Positions 28,073 through 37,542 of a DNA stretch of 64,000 nt are shown in pieces (the first letter of the stretch is position 1; each line of letters begins with the position of its first letter). Position numbers and translations under genes: made by a program. The notes beneath the pieces were generated by a model. It was not told the DNA's origin. It ran no database searches and worked only from the letters and a program-made list of their open reading frames with translations. The stretch is from an uncultured Candidatus Peribacteria bacterium (GTDB taxonomy: Bacteria > Patescibacteriota > Gracilibacteria > Peribacterales > Peribacteraceae): positions 22,947 through 86,946 of the forward strand of contig CAYHOS010000001.1 of NCBI GenBank assembly GCA_964358505.1, read 5' to 3'.

Positions 28073-28101
28073 GCCCCGCTGGAAACAGAGCAGCACTCAG
28101 A

Positions 28102-28130
28102 CCCTCCTCCCATGCGGGGGAGGGTTTTTT
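28102..28130 (+). terminator. intrinsic terminator
   Basis: CCCTCCTCCC-ATGC-GGGGGAGGG stem-loop followed by T6, 30 nt after the stop at 28072. Confidence 0.75.
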
Positions 28131-28133
28131 CTC

Positions 28134-28949
28134 TCATCGTTTCCTGCGATACAAGTGGTAGGGGACCAGCTCTTCGCATGTCTCCCGGAGAAAGACAAAC
28201 GCCGCCGGACGCTGTTCCTGCGCTTGCCTCGTGTGGGAACCCAGGAAGTCCGTCTCGACGGGGAAGTCCACGATGAACAGGCCGCCCCGGCGCAAGGCGG
28301 CGACGAGCTTTCTGGTGATGTTCAACGGCTCCAGCGTATGTTCCAGGCATGCCAGGCTGACGATGACGGCGTAGCGTTCCCTCCCGAAATCTTCCAAACC
28401 GTCCACTGTGATGACGTGTGCCAGGAGATCGGACATGGTTTGTCGGACGAACGAAAGGGTATGTGAGGGGATATCTGCCATGTCAACGGCACGGTATCCT
28501 TCCCTCGCGAGGTAGTGGACCAGGACGCCGGCTCCCCCGCCGTAATCCAAGATGGGATCCGAGTGTGACAACCCCTCTTCCTTGATGATGTGGTAAGTGT
28601 GGAGAATTTTTTGCTTGTATTCGTAACTCCGTTCGCTGAGGAAAGCCTGGCGCCAGATGTCTTTGTCGTGCTCTTGGTAGAAATGCTCGATGTCCTCCCT
28701 GCTCTCCCGCGAACGGCTCTTCCAGAGCTCCTCGAAACCCTGGATCGCAAGGGCATAGCGCGTGAAGAACTCATCGTCCGATCCCAGGCGGTACATGCGT
28801 TTCACGAGAGGCACGATGCTCATGTCCCCAAAGCCGCGGCGCCCCAGCAGGTACAGGAGCAGGAATTGCAGGTACCGGACCTTCCCCCTCAACGAGTGGT
28901 ACGGGTAACGGCCGGAAGCTCTCAGGAACCGGAATATATTGGGAGGCAC
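28134..28949 (-). CDS. class I SAM-dependent methyltransferase
   Basis: Motif I 'ILDYGGGAGVL'. Third-position G/C bias continues upstream of ATG 28823, so GTG 28949 is proposed. The start remains uncertain. Confidence 0.65.
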   Translation of the reverse strand: MPPNIFRFLRASGRYPYHSLRGKVRYLQFLLLYLLGRRGFGDMSIVPLVKRMYRLGSDDEFFTRYALAIQGFEELWKSRSRESREDIEHFYQEHDKDIWRQAFLSERSYEYKQKILHTYHIIKEEGLSHSDPILDYGGGAGVLVHYLAREGYRAVDMADIPSHTLSFVRQTMSDLLAHVITVDGLEDFGRERYAVIVSLACLEHTLEPLNITRKLVAALRRGGLFIVDFPVETDFLGSHTRQAQEQRPAAFVFLRETCEELVPYHLYRRKR

Positions 28950-29007
28950 GGGGCGACTTTGCCTGATTTCCGCGCTCCAAGCAATGCCGGCAAACTCTGG
29001 GCCGGCC

Positions 29008-30822
29008 TCAGAATTTCTGCTCCTCCCACAGGGTGAAGAACATCCCCTTGCGGTCCAGGAGTTCCTGGAGCGCACCTTGTTCCTCCACCTTGCCTTCGTT
29101 GAGCACGATGATCTTGTCCGCGTGCTTGATGGTGCTCAGGCGGTGCGCGATGACGATGGCCGTGCGGCCTTTGACCACCTCGTCGATCGCCTCCTGGATG
29201 AGCCGCTCCGTGCGGCTGTCCAGGGAACTCGTGGCCTCGTCCAGGATCAGGATCTCCGCCCCCTTGAGGAGGGCGCGCGCGATGGAGACGCGCTGTTTCT
29301 CCCCGCCGGAGAGTTTGACTCCGCGGTCGCCGACGAGGGTATCGAGCCCCTGCGGAAGGCTCTCCACGTACTCCGCGAGGCGGGCGCGGTCCACGGCGTC
29401 CCGCAGCGCTTCTTCCGTGACGCCCTCCAGCCCATACGTGATATTGACGCGGAGGCTGTCGTGCAGGAGCAGCGTCTCCTGGCTGACGATGGCCACGTGC
29501 CGCAGGAAGGACCCCAGCTCCAGCGAACGGATATCCTCCCCATCCACGAAGATGGAAGCGGACGGGCAATCGTAGTAGCGCATGAGGAGATGCACGATCG
29601 TGCTCTTCCCAGCGCCCGTGGGGCCTACGAGAGCCGTCATCTTGCCACGCTGCAGAGTGAAGGACACGTCCCGCAGGATGGGGCGATCTTCGAGATACGA
29701 GAAGGAAAGGTTGCGGATCTCGATGGATTCCTTCAGCCCCGCGAACGGACGGTCGCCGCCCCGTACCACAAACTTGCCCTCATCGTCGAAAATGCGTAAC
29801 ACCTCCCGCAGAGGGGCATTGGCCGTAGCGAGGGCGCCACGGAAGCCCGAGAGGTTGCCGAATTTTCCCGACGCGTTGATGATGATGTAAAAGTACACGA
29901 TGAGCGCCGGCGCGGAGGCGATCTGCTCCCGCCCGAACCAGAGAATGGTGCCGGCAAACACGGCCGCTGCGACGAGGATCGTAATGATTTCCTGCAGGGG
30001 CAGGATCATCGATTGCAGGAGGCGGATCCGAAAATCCAATGCCGCTTTTGCGTCGCTGATTTCCGTGTAATGCTGCTGTTCCTGACGCTCCATGCGTGTG
30101 GATTTGACGAGCGGGATGGTGGAGAGGATTTCCACCGACTTCTTGCCGAGTGCATTCCCGCGTTCCGCGAGCGCGTAGGAAGAGGCCTTGATGCGCGTGA
30201 TCATGGTCCGGATGGCATAGTGCAGCAGGATGAAGAGCGGGAGGGCGGCCAATGTGAGCTTCCAGGAAATGAAGAACATCACCGTCAGGTACACCGCGAG
30301 CGAGAACAGCGAGCCGAAGAGCGCATCCACGGCTTGGAGCGGGTACAGCGCTTGCTGCGAGAACTCCATGAGGAGCACGCTGTGGTGCCCCAAGGTCGTC
30401 CGGTCGAAGAAGAGCTTCCCGAAACCCAGGTACTTGGAGAAGAGCGTCTTGCGTAGGTGGTGCAGCGCCCGCGTGGAGAAGTACCCCACGCTCGCCGCCG
30501 TGAGGAACTTGAACAGGTTGCGCAGGATGAAGAGCACGATGAACCCCCCCGCCAGGATGCCGAAGAGCAGGCGGTCATTCCCCACGATTCCTGCAGGCAG
30601 GGCGCCGCTCAACCTGCCCAGGACGGGCAGGTCGTGTATGAAGGAGACGTTCTTCTGCAGGAAACCTTGGAGGAGCGGGATAAGCATCCCCATCCCGAAC
30701 CCTTCGAACGCGGCGGCCAGGATGGCGAGGACCACGGGGACCGCCAGATACCGGGGGTTGATCCCGATCCTCCCCAGCAGGGAGAAAACCTTCCCGATCG
30801 TGGAAGTTTCCTTGTTGAGCAT
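29008..30822 (-). CDS. ABC exporter, fused permease-ATPase (MsbA/PglK-like)
   Basis: Walker A 'GPTGAGKST', signature 'LSGGEKQRVSIARAL', Walker B 'ILILDEATS' and an N-terminal multi-TM domain. Confidence 0.9.
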   Translation of the reverse strand: MLNKETSTIGKVFSLLGRIGINPRYLAVPVVLAILAAAFEGFGMGMLIPLLQGFLQKNVSFIHDLPVLGRLSGALPAGIVGNDRLLFGILAGGFIVLFILRNLFKFLTAASVGYFSTRALHHLRKTLFSKYLGFGKLFFDRTTLGHHSVLLMEFSQQALYPLQAVDALFGSLFSLAVYLTVMFFISWKLTLAALPLFILLHYAIRTMITRIKASSYALAERGNALGKKSVEILSTIPLVKSTRMERQEQQHYTEISDAKAALDFRIRLLQSMILPLQEIITILVAAAVFAGTILWFGREQIASAPALIVYFYIIINASGKFGNLSGFRGALATANAPLREVLRIFDDEGKFVVRGGDRPFAGLKESIEIRNLSFSYLEDRPILRDVSFTLQRGKMTALVGPTGAGKSTIVHLLMRYYDCPSASIFVDGEDIRSLELGSFLRHVAIVSQETLLLHDSLRVNITYGLEGVTEEALRDAVDRARLAEYVESLPQGLDTLVGDRGVKLSGGEKQRVSIARALLKGAEILILDEATSSLDSRTERLIQEAIDEVVKGRTAIVIAHRLSTIKHADKIIVLNEGKVEEQGALQELLDRKGMFFTLWEEQKF

Positions 30823-30835
30823 GGTCCGGTGGACT

Positions 30836-32014
30836 CTAGCACCCCTTGCGGGATCCCGCCATCATGTCCCGGTAGAGCGCAAGCAGGGCCTGTGCCGATC
30901 CTTCAATGGAATACCGCCGCAGGACTTCCTCGCGGTAGTGTGCTCCGCGCCTCTCGCGTTCCCCCGGATCAAGGGAGAGGAACGTCTCCACCTTCCGGAC
31001 GAGCCCGGCGGTATCCCGTGGCGGGCTCACCAGGGCCGGATCGATGTCCCCCAGCACTTCGGGCACGGCCCCAACGGCGAAAGCGAATGCCGGATGGCCG
31101 CAAGCGAGCGCCTCGATGAGCGAGAGGCCGAATCCCTCGAAGAGCGACGTGGAGACGAGCGTGCGCGAGTGGCGCACGATGTCGATGAGCTCCGCCCCTT
31201 CCACCGTGCCGAAGACCGTGACGCCGGGAATGGCCTGGAGCGCCTTCCGTTGCTCATCGCTCCGTCTCCCCACGTCCGCGATGCGCTTGCCCCCGAAGGG
31301 CGCCCCCTCGGGGCCCGTAGCGGCGAGGCGCCGGTAGACCTCTATCAGGTACCGGAAACCCTTGCGCGGATGGATGAAGGAGCCCAGTGCCGCCGCGTCG
31401 AAGCGGCAGTCGGCGTCGGGGACAGGGAGGAACACACTGCCCTCCACGCCGTTGGGCACCACGCTGATCTTGCTGGGATCGCACCCGTAGTCCGCGGAAA
31501 TCCGCTTTCGCATCGTCTCCGAAACGGCCATCACGCGCGGCATGCCGCGGCAGAGCTTCCGCTGCGCCCGTACCGGCAACGCGTACCGCAGCCGCCACCG
31601 CAGCGCCTCGAAGCCTGTGGTCTCCGCCACAGCCACTTCCCGGTCCGCGGTAACGGGATGGTGGACGGCGTAGAGGAGGGGGACGCCGCTCTTACGCAAG
31701 CGGAGGAACGGCGTCCCCAGCGTCTGGTTGAGGTGGATCACATCGAACTGTTTCCAATACGCATGCCGCGGAGGGAAACGCTTGAGCACGCTGCGCGCGA
31801 AGAGCGTATCCGCGATGCCATACGCGTACGGCCCGATGCGCCCCCCCAGCGCGAGGACATGGACATTCGGCGGAAGCGGAAGGTCCTTGGGCTTCGTGCG
31901 GTTGCAGACCACCGTGAAGCGCACGTCGCTGCACGCCGCAAGGAGCGGTAGATGGTTGCCTCCTTTATAGGCATCGAGCACCGGAAGCAGGATGCAGACG
32001 TCCATGCACGGCAT
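30836..32014 (-). CDS. GT4-family glycosyltransferase
   Basis: C-terminal 'STSLFEGFGLSLIEALACGHP' is the EX7E-type GT-B motif. Alternative ATG at 32005. Confidence 0.75.
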   Translation of the reverse strand: MPCMDVCILLPVLDAYKGGNHLPLLAACSDVRFTVVCNRTKPKDLPLPPNVHVLALGGRIGPYAYGIADTLFARSVLKRFPPRHAYWKQFDVIHLNQTLGTPFLRLRKSGVPLLYAVHHPVTADREVAVAETTGFEALRWRLRYALPVRAQRKLCRGMPRVMAVSETMRKRISADYGCDPSKISVVPNGVEGSVFLPVPDADCRFDAAALGSFIHPRKGFRYLIEVYRRLAATGPEGAPFGGKRIADVGRRSDEQRKALQAIPGVTVFGTVEGAELIDIVRHSRTLVSTSLFEGFGLSLIEALACGHPAFAFAVGAVPEVLGDIDPALVSPPRDTAGLVRKVETFLSLDPGERERRGAHYREEVLRRYSIEGSAQALLALYRDMMAGSRKGC

Positions 32015-32052
32015 TGTAGAAGAATGCCGTCCGGAAAGGGATACGATCCACC

Positions 32053-33672
32053 TTAGCGGAACAAGTGCAGCAGATACCGGAGGAACGGCGTGACATTAAT
32101 GGAAACGGGTGGGGCAGGAGTCACCACCTGGATGGAGGGGAGCTCCTTGGCAATGAGAGCAGTCGTCGCGTCGTCGTAGCCGAAGATATGGGTCACCTTG
32201 TAGTAGTCGAATGGCTCGCGGAGCCGTCCTTTCCGGATGAGGAAATCCAGAGTGAGGGGATGGAGCTGGACCGTCGTATTGTTCGAGAAGAAAAGGATGC
32301 TCATCTTGCCTGGGGGATATGCAACAACCGCATCAAAGGGAATGTGCTTCAGCGCATCGCGCATGGCGTACATCTGGGGGACTTCGCTGCGGACGTAGAG
32401 GCGCGCGAAGAAGGTACGGTTCGCCTGGAGCAGTTGCAGAGCTACGACCACTGCTATGAGCCCGGAGAGGGCGGAGACGGACATTCTCTTCCAGTGAGGC
32501 CGCAACACGGAGGCAATTTCCACGATGCCCACTGCGGCGAAGAGCGCCAGCATCCATCCAATATCCATCACGTGGTTGCGTACGAAGTGGAATCCGAAGC
32601 GAAGCACCAGTTCCATCGTGAGCCACAGGCCGAGGAGGTGGACGCAGAGCGTTTGCCTCCGGCGGCAGAGTATGGCAATGCCGGGCAAGATAAAGAGCCA
32701 TAGAAACACCCCGCCCACCGTCTCCGGAAAGATCAGGTACGGGAGGGCATGGGCGAAGAGCCATACGCCGTTGGACAAGCGATCCCACAAGCTGATGCGG
32801 CCTATCTTGAAATTGATGAGGAGGTTCTTGTCCTCCTGCGTCGTGATGAAGGGCGCCTGCTCGGCTCTCTGAAGGAAGAACGCATCGAACTCCTCCTTCA
32901 GGAACGTGTACGCGTACTCGTCGGGATACAAGTGCCCGTATCCCGTGTAATGGTCGTCAATCGGCGGCGCGAAGACGGCGATGCGCTGCAAGGGAGTGAG
33001 TTCCTTCTGCAAGGCGTTGGGGAGGAGGGGAAGCATGAAGGCCGCGTAGGTCGTCATGCAGAACAGCATGCATTCCGCCAGAGCCCACCGAAGCCTGGTG
33101 CGTCGGTGCCAGAGGTAGGCGAGGAGGAAGAAGGGGAGGAAGGTGATGAATGTATGCTCAACGGCAAGAAGGAACCCGTAGAAGGCAGCTGATCCGAGAA
33201 CGGCAACAACCCGATGCCGGGGGAACAGCGACAGGAACCACCCGCCACCCGCAAAGAGAAGGAGAAAGGCTAATGGATACCCCCCCATGCGCACCGCCTC
33301 CACCCAGTACAGAGGCATGACGCTCAAGATGACCGTGGAGATCCACGCGATGCGGGCATCGAAGAGACGATGCACACAGAGCCACCATACGAAGAGCGCG
33401 AGGGCAGACCAAGCGCAGCTGACAGCGGACCAACCGAGTATATTCTCCCATCCGATGAACGGGTGCAGCGCCCAGACGCTCAGGACGGAGAGGGGGGCTC
33501 CTGCATTCTCCAGCACCCGGAGCGCGTCAAACGCCTGCGCCTGATGGAGGATCTCCGATGCGGTGTACGGATACCCTGCAAGCAATGCGGGGAGCATCCA
33601 CAGGAACACCATGAACGCAAGGAACGCGACCAGGAGCGCCAAGTGGCTGCGAAAAGAGAGCCGCACGTGCAT
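32053..33672 (-). CDS. polytopic membrane protein, possible GT-C glycosyltransferase/polymerase
   Basis: More than 10 hydrophobic segments plus a C-terminal soluble domain. TATGCT lies 6 nt upstream of ATG 33672. Confidence 0.5.
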   Translation of the reverse strand: MHVRLSFRSHLALLVAFLAFMVFLWMLPALLAGYPYTASEILHQAQAFDALRVLENAGAPLSVLSVWALHPFIGWENILGWSAVSCAWSALALFVWWLCVHRLFDARIAWISTVILSVMPLYWVEAVRMGGYPLAFLLLFAGGGWFLSLFPRHRVVAVLGSAAFYGFLLAVEHTFITFLPFFLLAYLWHRRTRLRWALAECMLFCMTTYAAFMLPLLPNALQKELTPLQRIAVFAPPIDDHYTGYGHLYPDEYAYTFLKEEFDAFFLQRAEQAPFITTQEDKNLLINFKIGRISLWDRLSNGVWLFAHALPYLIFPETVGGVFLWLFILPGIAILCRRRQTLCVHLLGLWLTMELVLRFGFHFVRNHVMDIGWMLALFAAVGIVEIASVLRPHWKRMSVSALSGLIAVVVALQLLQANRTFFARLYVRSEVPQMYAMRDALKHIPFDAVVAYPPGKMSILFFSNNTTVQLHPLTLDFLIRKGRLREPFDYYKVTHIFGYDDATTALIAKELPSIQVVTPAPPVSINVTPFLRYLLHLFR

Positions 33673-33678
33673 GCCCTC

Positions 33679-33684
33679 AGCATA
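33679..33684 (-). promoter_or_regulatory. -10-like TATGCT, 6 nt upstream of ATG 33672
   Basis: Recurrent pattern. Lies back-to-back with the box at 33705. Confidence 0.45.
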
Positions 33685-33704
33685 CACCCGTCGTTCCGCG
33701 CAGG

Positions 33705-33710
33705 TATACT
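33705..33710 (+). promoter_or_regulatory. -10-like TATACT, 6 nt upstream of ATG 33717
   Basis: Recurrent pattern. Confidence 0.5.
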
Positions 33711-33716
33711 TCCTCC

Positions 33717-34613
33717 ATGATGCTCCAGGGAAAGAACGTGCTTCTGTGGCTCAAGCTCTTCGGGATCCTCCTGTTCGTATGGATCCTGTGGCACATCGAC
33801 CGTGTGCAACTCCTCCAGGCCGTGCGCGGGACCGACCTCCCCCTCGCCGCTCTCTCCTTCCTCGTCCTCCTGGTGAGTTACCTCGCCCGTACGTGGCGCT
33901 GGCATGCGCTCGTGAGAGCGGGGGGAATGGTGACTCAGCCACGGGAGTCCTGGCGCGTCTTCAACCTCGGCGTTTTCCTCGGTGCCATCACGCCGGGGAA
34001 CGTGGGGGAATTGGGAAGGGGAGCCTATCTCTACCGCGGCGGCATGCACGGCGGGGCGTCAGCAGCCATCCCCGTCCTCGACCGCCTCGCGGATTTCATC
34101 CTCCTTCTCTTCGTGAGCTTGTGGGGGATCGGAGAGCTCTATGGCAACACGGCCCTCGCACCGTTCCTCATCGCTCTCCTCCTCTTCATGGTTGTCTTCA
34201 CCGTGCTCTGGAAGCTCTCCGCGCCCCTGCGGCAGGTTCTCCCGCGCCCCGCGCTGCTCGCGCAACTCCTGACGAAGCGCACGATGGCGGCAATCACCGC
34301 CGCAACCCTCCTGAGCTGGATCCTCTACATCGCCTGGACACTCCTCCTCGCACGCGCGCTCGGCATAGCCGCGCCCGCCGCCGCCCTCGTCGCTGCCCTC
34401 GTGCTGGCCCGGATTGCCTCCATGCTCCCCGTCGCCCCAGCCGGACTCGGAACCCGCGATGCGGTGTTGGTCGTCCTCCTCGCCCCCTATGGCGTCGCGG
34501 CCCCGCAGGCGGTTGCGCTCGGCTTCCTTCTATTCCTCTTCATCCTGGCAAGCTCATCCATAGGCTTCTTCTACTGGATTCGCGACAGGAGGGCGATACA
34601 CTCTCCCCGATGA
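33717..34613 (+). CDS. UPF0104/LPG-synthase-TM family flippase-like membrane protein
   Basis: 298-aa multi-TM protein with 'LGVFLGAITPGNVGE' and 'LPVAPAGLGTRD' motifs. TATACT lies 6 nt upstream. Confidence 0.65.
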   Translation: MMLQGKNVLLWLKLFGILLFVWILWHIDRVQLLQAVRGTDLPLAALSFLVLLVSYLARTWRWHALVRAGGMVTQPRESWRVFNLGVFLGAITPGNVGELGRGAYLYRGGMHGGASAAIPVLDRLADFILLLFVSLWGIGELYGNTALAPFLIALLLFMVVFTVLWKLSAPLRQVLPRPALLAQLLTKRTMAAITAATLLSWILYIAWTLLLARALGIAAPAAALVAALVLARIASMLPVAPAGLGTRDAVLVVLLAPYGVAAPQAVALGFLLFLFILASSSIGFFYWIRDRRAIHSPR

Positions 34614-35323
34614 CCCGCCATTGGACCATCAGCCAGGTAGCCGCGCACTGGGATTCTGTCCCGGAATACGACGCGATCAACGCGAAGATCGATTCCTACT
34701 TCCGTCGCTTCGCGGACTCCGCGCCGCTCTTCATCATCCCACCTGACGCCCGCGTGCTCGATGTGGACTGCCGCAGTGCCAAGGGGACCGTATTCTTCCA
34801 CGAACATTCTCCATCGGCGCGCTTTACGTGCATGCCCATGTCCTCGCTCTTCGAGCAGCGGACGAGGGAGCAGATGGCAACGCACGGCATTTCGGGCGAG
34901 GTGGTGGTGTTTCGGGAACTCCCCCTTCCATTCCCGGATGGGAGTTTTGACGTTGTCCTCACGTACGAAACCATCGAGCACGTCCCGTGGCCGGAGGAGT
35001 ACGTCAGGGAACTCGCGCGCGTGCTCAAGCCCGGCGGCACGTTCGTTCTCACCACGCCCAGCCTCCTCTGGGAACCCGTGCATCTCCTCTCGGGATGGCT
35101 GCACCTGGACCACGGCGAGGGTCCCCACTGGATGCTCGCGCGGAGGAGATTGCTGCGCGCGTTCCGCAATGCCGACTTGCGTGTGGAGACGGAACGCTCC
35201 TTCGTGCTCATCCCCGTGGGGCCGCGGTGGCTGCTCGCCTTCGGCAAATGGCTCGAACGTATCCTGCCGCAGTGGGCGCTCCGCATCCTGTGCCTGCGCC
35301 GCACCTTCATCTGCACCAAATGA
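34610..35323 (+). CDS. class I SAM-dependent methyltransferase
   Basis: 'FDVVLTYETIEHVPWPEEYVRELARVLKPGGTF' is Methyltransf_11-like. ATGA overlap at 34610-34613. Confidence 0.65.
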   Translation: MTRHWTISQVAAHWDSVPEYDAINAKIDSYFRRFADSAPLFIIPPDARVLDVDCRSAKGTVFFHEHSPSARFTCMPMSSLFEQRTREQMATHGISGEVVVFRELPLPFPDGSFDVVLTYETIEHVPWPEEYVRELARVLKPGGTFVLTTPSLLWEPVHLLSGWLHLDHGEGPHWMLARRRLLRAFRNADLRVETERSFVLIPVGPRWLLAFGKWLERILPQWALRILCLRRTFICTK

Positions 35324-36654
35324 CAAACGGCACGTGGAATCGGCTGCAGGCTGATGTGATCGCCCCCGGGCTTTGCACGCAGTGCGGAAGCTGCGTCGGT
35401 TTGTCGGAAGGATGCTTGCAATTCCAGGAGAAGCGCGGCATTCCGCTGGTTACGCGGACGGGAAAAGAAGGCGATATCCCGCAAGCGGCATACGACGCAT
35501 GTCCCGCGCGTTTCTGCCCCTACCCCGCGCTCAACGATTTCGCCTTCGGCAAGCGGCCTTCCCAATGGCTCTGTGGTGTGGTGGAGAAGAGCTTTATCGG
35601 GCACGCCACGGAAGAAACAGTGCGGAAGAACGGGGCTTCAGGAGGCGTGATTTCTGCCATTCTCCTCCACCTGCTGGAGACGGGACGGATTACGGGTGCT
35701 GTCTGCCTGCAGCTCGGAAAAACGAGGCCATGGCTCGCGGAACCGGTGATCGCTCGGAGCCGGGAAGACGTCCTCGCCTGTGCGCAGAGCGTGTACAGTC
35801 TAACGCCGGTGAATACCATCCTGGCTGCGATGGGAAAGGAAGAAGGGCCCCTCGCATACGTGGGTCTACCGGACCAGGTGGCATCCATCCGCAAATTACA
35901 GAGGATGGGGCACTCCTCCGTGCGCAACGTTCGCTATGTGCTCGGACCGTACATGGGGACGCAGATGACGTTCGAGGCCATCCGCAGCTTCCTCCGCTCT
36001 CACGGTGTGCGGTCGGAGGAGGAGATCGCGTCGCTCAGGTACCGAGCCGGCGAGTGGCCGGGGCATTTGGAAATCGCGCTGAAGGACGGAAGGCTCCTCC
36101 GGGCGGAGAAGTTCCACTATAACTACCTCATCCCGTTCTTCATTACCTCCGGTAGTCTGCAGCTCGTGGATTTCACCAATGAGCTCACGGATATCTCGGT
36201 GGGGGATGCGTGGTCGCCGCAGTACGAGAAACGGAAGGGCGGCTTCTCCGTGGTGCTGGCACGATCAGAGCGGGCAATGGAACTTCTGGCGGACATGCGG
36301 GGGATGGGGCTCCTCGCATTGGACGAGCTGCCATTCGAACAGGTGCTCGATATGCACGGGCATATGCTTGATTTCAAGAAGCGCGGGTCGTTCATCCGGA
36401 ATGCCCGCCACCGGATCCGCCCGGCCTACGGTTACGCTCCCGCGTCCATCCCCCTCTCGCGGAAAGCGGTGGAAGCGGTCATATCTGCCCTCTTTGCCCT
36501 GGGGAGGACAACCATGGCGCGCTGGGTAGTGGAGCACATTCCCCTGCGGGTATTGGGGCCATGCTTCAATGGCTTACGGAAAGCCTGGAAAGCCCTTTCC
36601 AAACCCACGAAAAGGCGGGGGTTACGGAACATGAGTTTTGCAGTAGAATCCTAG
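35320..36654 (+). CDS. coenzyme F420 hydrogenase/dehydrogenase beta subunit (FrhB)-like protein
   Basis: N-terminal 'CTQCGSCVG' and 'GASGGVISAILLHLLETG'. ATGA overlap at 35320-35323. Confidence 0.7.
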   Translation: MTNGTWNRLQADVIAPGLCTQCGSCVGLSEGCLQFQEKRGIPLVTRTGKEGDIPQAAYDACPARFCPYPALNDFAFGKRPSQWLCGVVEKSFIGHATEETVRKNGASGGVISAILLHLLETGRITGAVCLQLGKTRPWLAEPVIARSREDVLACAQSVYSLTPVNTILAAMGKEEGPLAYVGLPDQVASIRKLQRMGHSSVRNVRYVLGPYMGTQMTFEAIRSFLRSHGVRSEEEIASLRYRAGEWPGHLEIALKDGRLLRAEKFHYNYLIPFFITSGSLQLVDFTNELTDISVGDAWSPQYEKRKGGFSVVLARSERAMELLADMRGMGLLALDELPFEQVLDMHGHMLDFKKRGSFIRNARHRIRPAYGYAPASIPLSRKAVEAVISALFALGRTTMARWVVEHIPLRVLGPCFNGLRKAWKALSKPTKRRGLRNMSFAVES

Positions 36655-36658
36655 GCCG

Positions 36659-37537
36659 ATGCTCTCCGTCCTCATCCCCGTATTCAATGAGGAACGTGCG
36701 GTTGAGGAAACCGTGCGCCAACTCAACACCGTCCTCAGCGGAACGGGGGAGGTGTATGAGATTGTGGTGGTGAATGACGGCTCCACGGACCGGACGGCCG
36801 ACATCCTTCGCAGTATTACCGATATTCCGCAATTACGCGTTCTCTCCCACCAGCGCAACCGCGGGTACGGCGCATCGCTCAAGCTGGGGATCCGCCATGC
36901 CCAAGGAGAGCTCATCGGCATGACGGACGCCGACGGCACCTACCCGGTCGACATGTTCCCGGCTCTCCTCACGGAACTGCACAGCACGGAGGCGGACATG
37001 GTGGTGGGAGCGCGCACCAAGAAGGGTGCGGCGATCCCGCTCATCCGCAAGCCAGCGAAAATGATCGTGAACAGTCTCGCGCGCCTCCTCACGGGCATGA
37101 GGATCCCGGACCTCAACTCGGGAATGCGTATCTTCCGCAGGGAACTGGCGGAACGATACATGCACCTCTATCCGCAACGCTTCTCCTTTACCATCACCAT
37201 TACCCTCGCCGCCCTCACCAACGACGAGCTCGTCCGCTGGATACCCATCGATTACGGCAAGCGCGAGGGGAAGAGCTCGCTCTCCTCCGGCTTCAACGGC
37301 ATCGCCAATTTCCTCAACTTCCTGTCGCTCGTCGTGCGGATGGTCACGCTCTTCCGTCCTCTTAAATTCTTCATCTGGCCTGCCTCTCTCCTCTTCCTGG
37401 GCGGTCTCGCGCATACCGTCTCCACCCTCGTCATGGAACAGAACGTCTCCGACTCGGGCGTCCTCCTCCTTGTATCAGGGTTGCAAATCGGGCTCTTCGG
37501 ACTCCTCGCGGAAACCGTGGTGCGGCACCGGCAGTGA
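36659..37537 (+). CDS. GT2 polyprenol-phosphate glycosyltransferase (DPM1/GtrB/ArnC-like)
   Basis: 'SVLIPVFNEE', 'VVNDGSTD' and 'TDADGTY' (DXD), plus two C-terminal TM helices. Confidence 0.8.
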   Translation: MLSVLIPVFNEERAVEETVRQLNTVLSGTGEVYEIVVVNDGSTDRTADILRSITDIPQLRVLSHQRNRGYGASLKLGIRHAQGELIGMTDADGTYPVDMFPALLTELHSTEADMVVGARTKKGAAIPLIRKPAKMIVNSLARLLTGMRIPDLNSGMRIFRRELAERYMHLYPQRFSFTITITLAALTNDELVRWIPIDYGKREGKSSLSSGFNGIANFLNFLSLVVRMVTLFRPLKFFIWPASLLFLGGLAHTVSTLVMEQNVSDSGVLLLVSGLQIGLFGLLAETVVRHRQ

Positions 37538-37542
37538 TGGCG

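Noticed and set aside
27089-28096. 335-aa minus-strand ORF covering the orphan cassette
   Set aside because: It has no promoter-like box or SD. It would begin inside the terminator region. The plus-strand ORF has promoter, SD and terminator in register, and the minus-strand translation is Arg/Leu/Gly-rich, like other antisense artefacts.
33563-34609. 5' 1 kb of ORF 33563..35323
   Set aside because: It overlaps the UPF0104 membrane-protein gene in another frame and is Pro/Arg-rich. The methyltransferase domain starts at ATG 34610, which overlaps the upstream stop.
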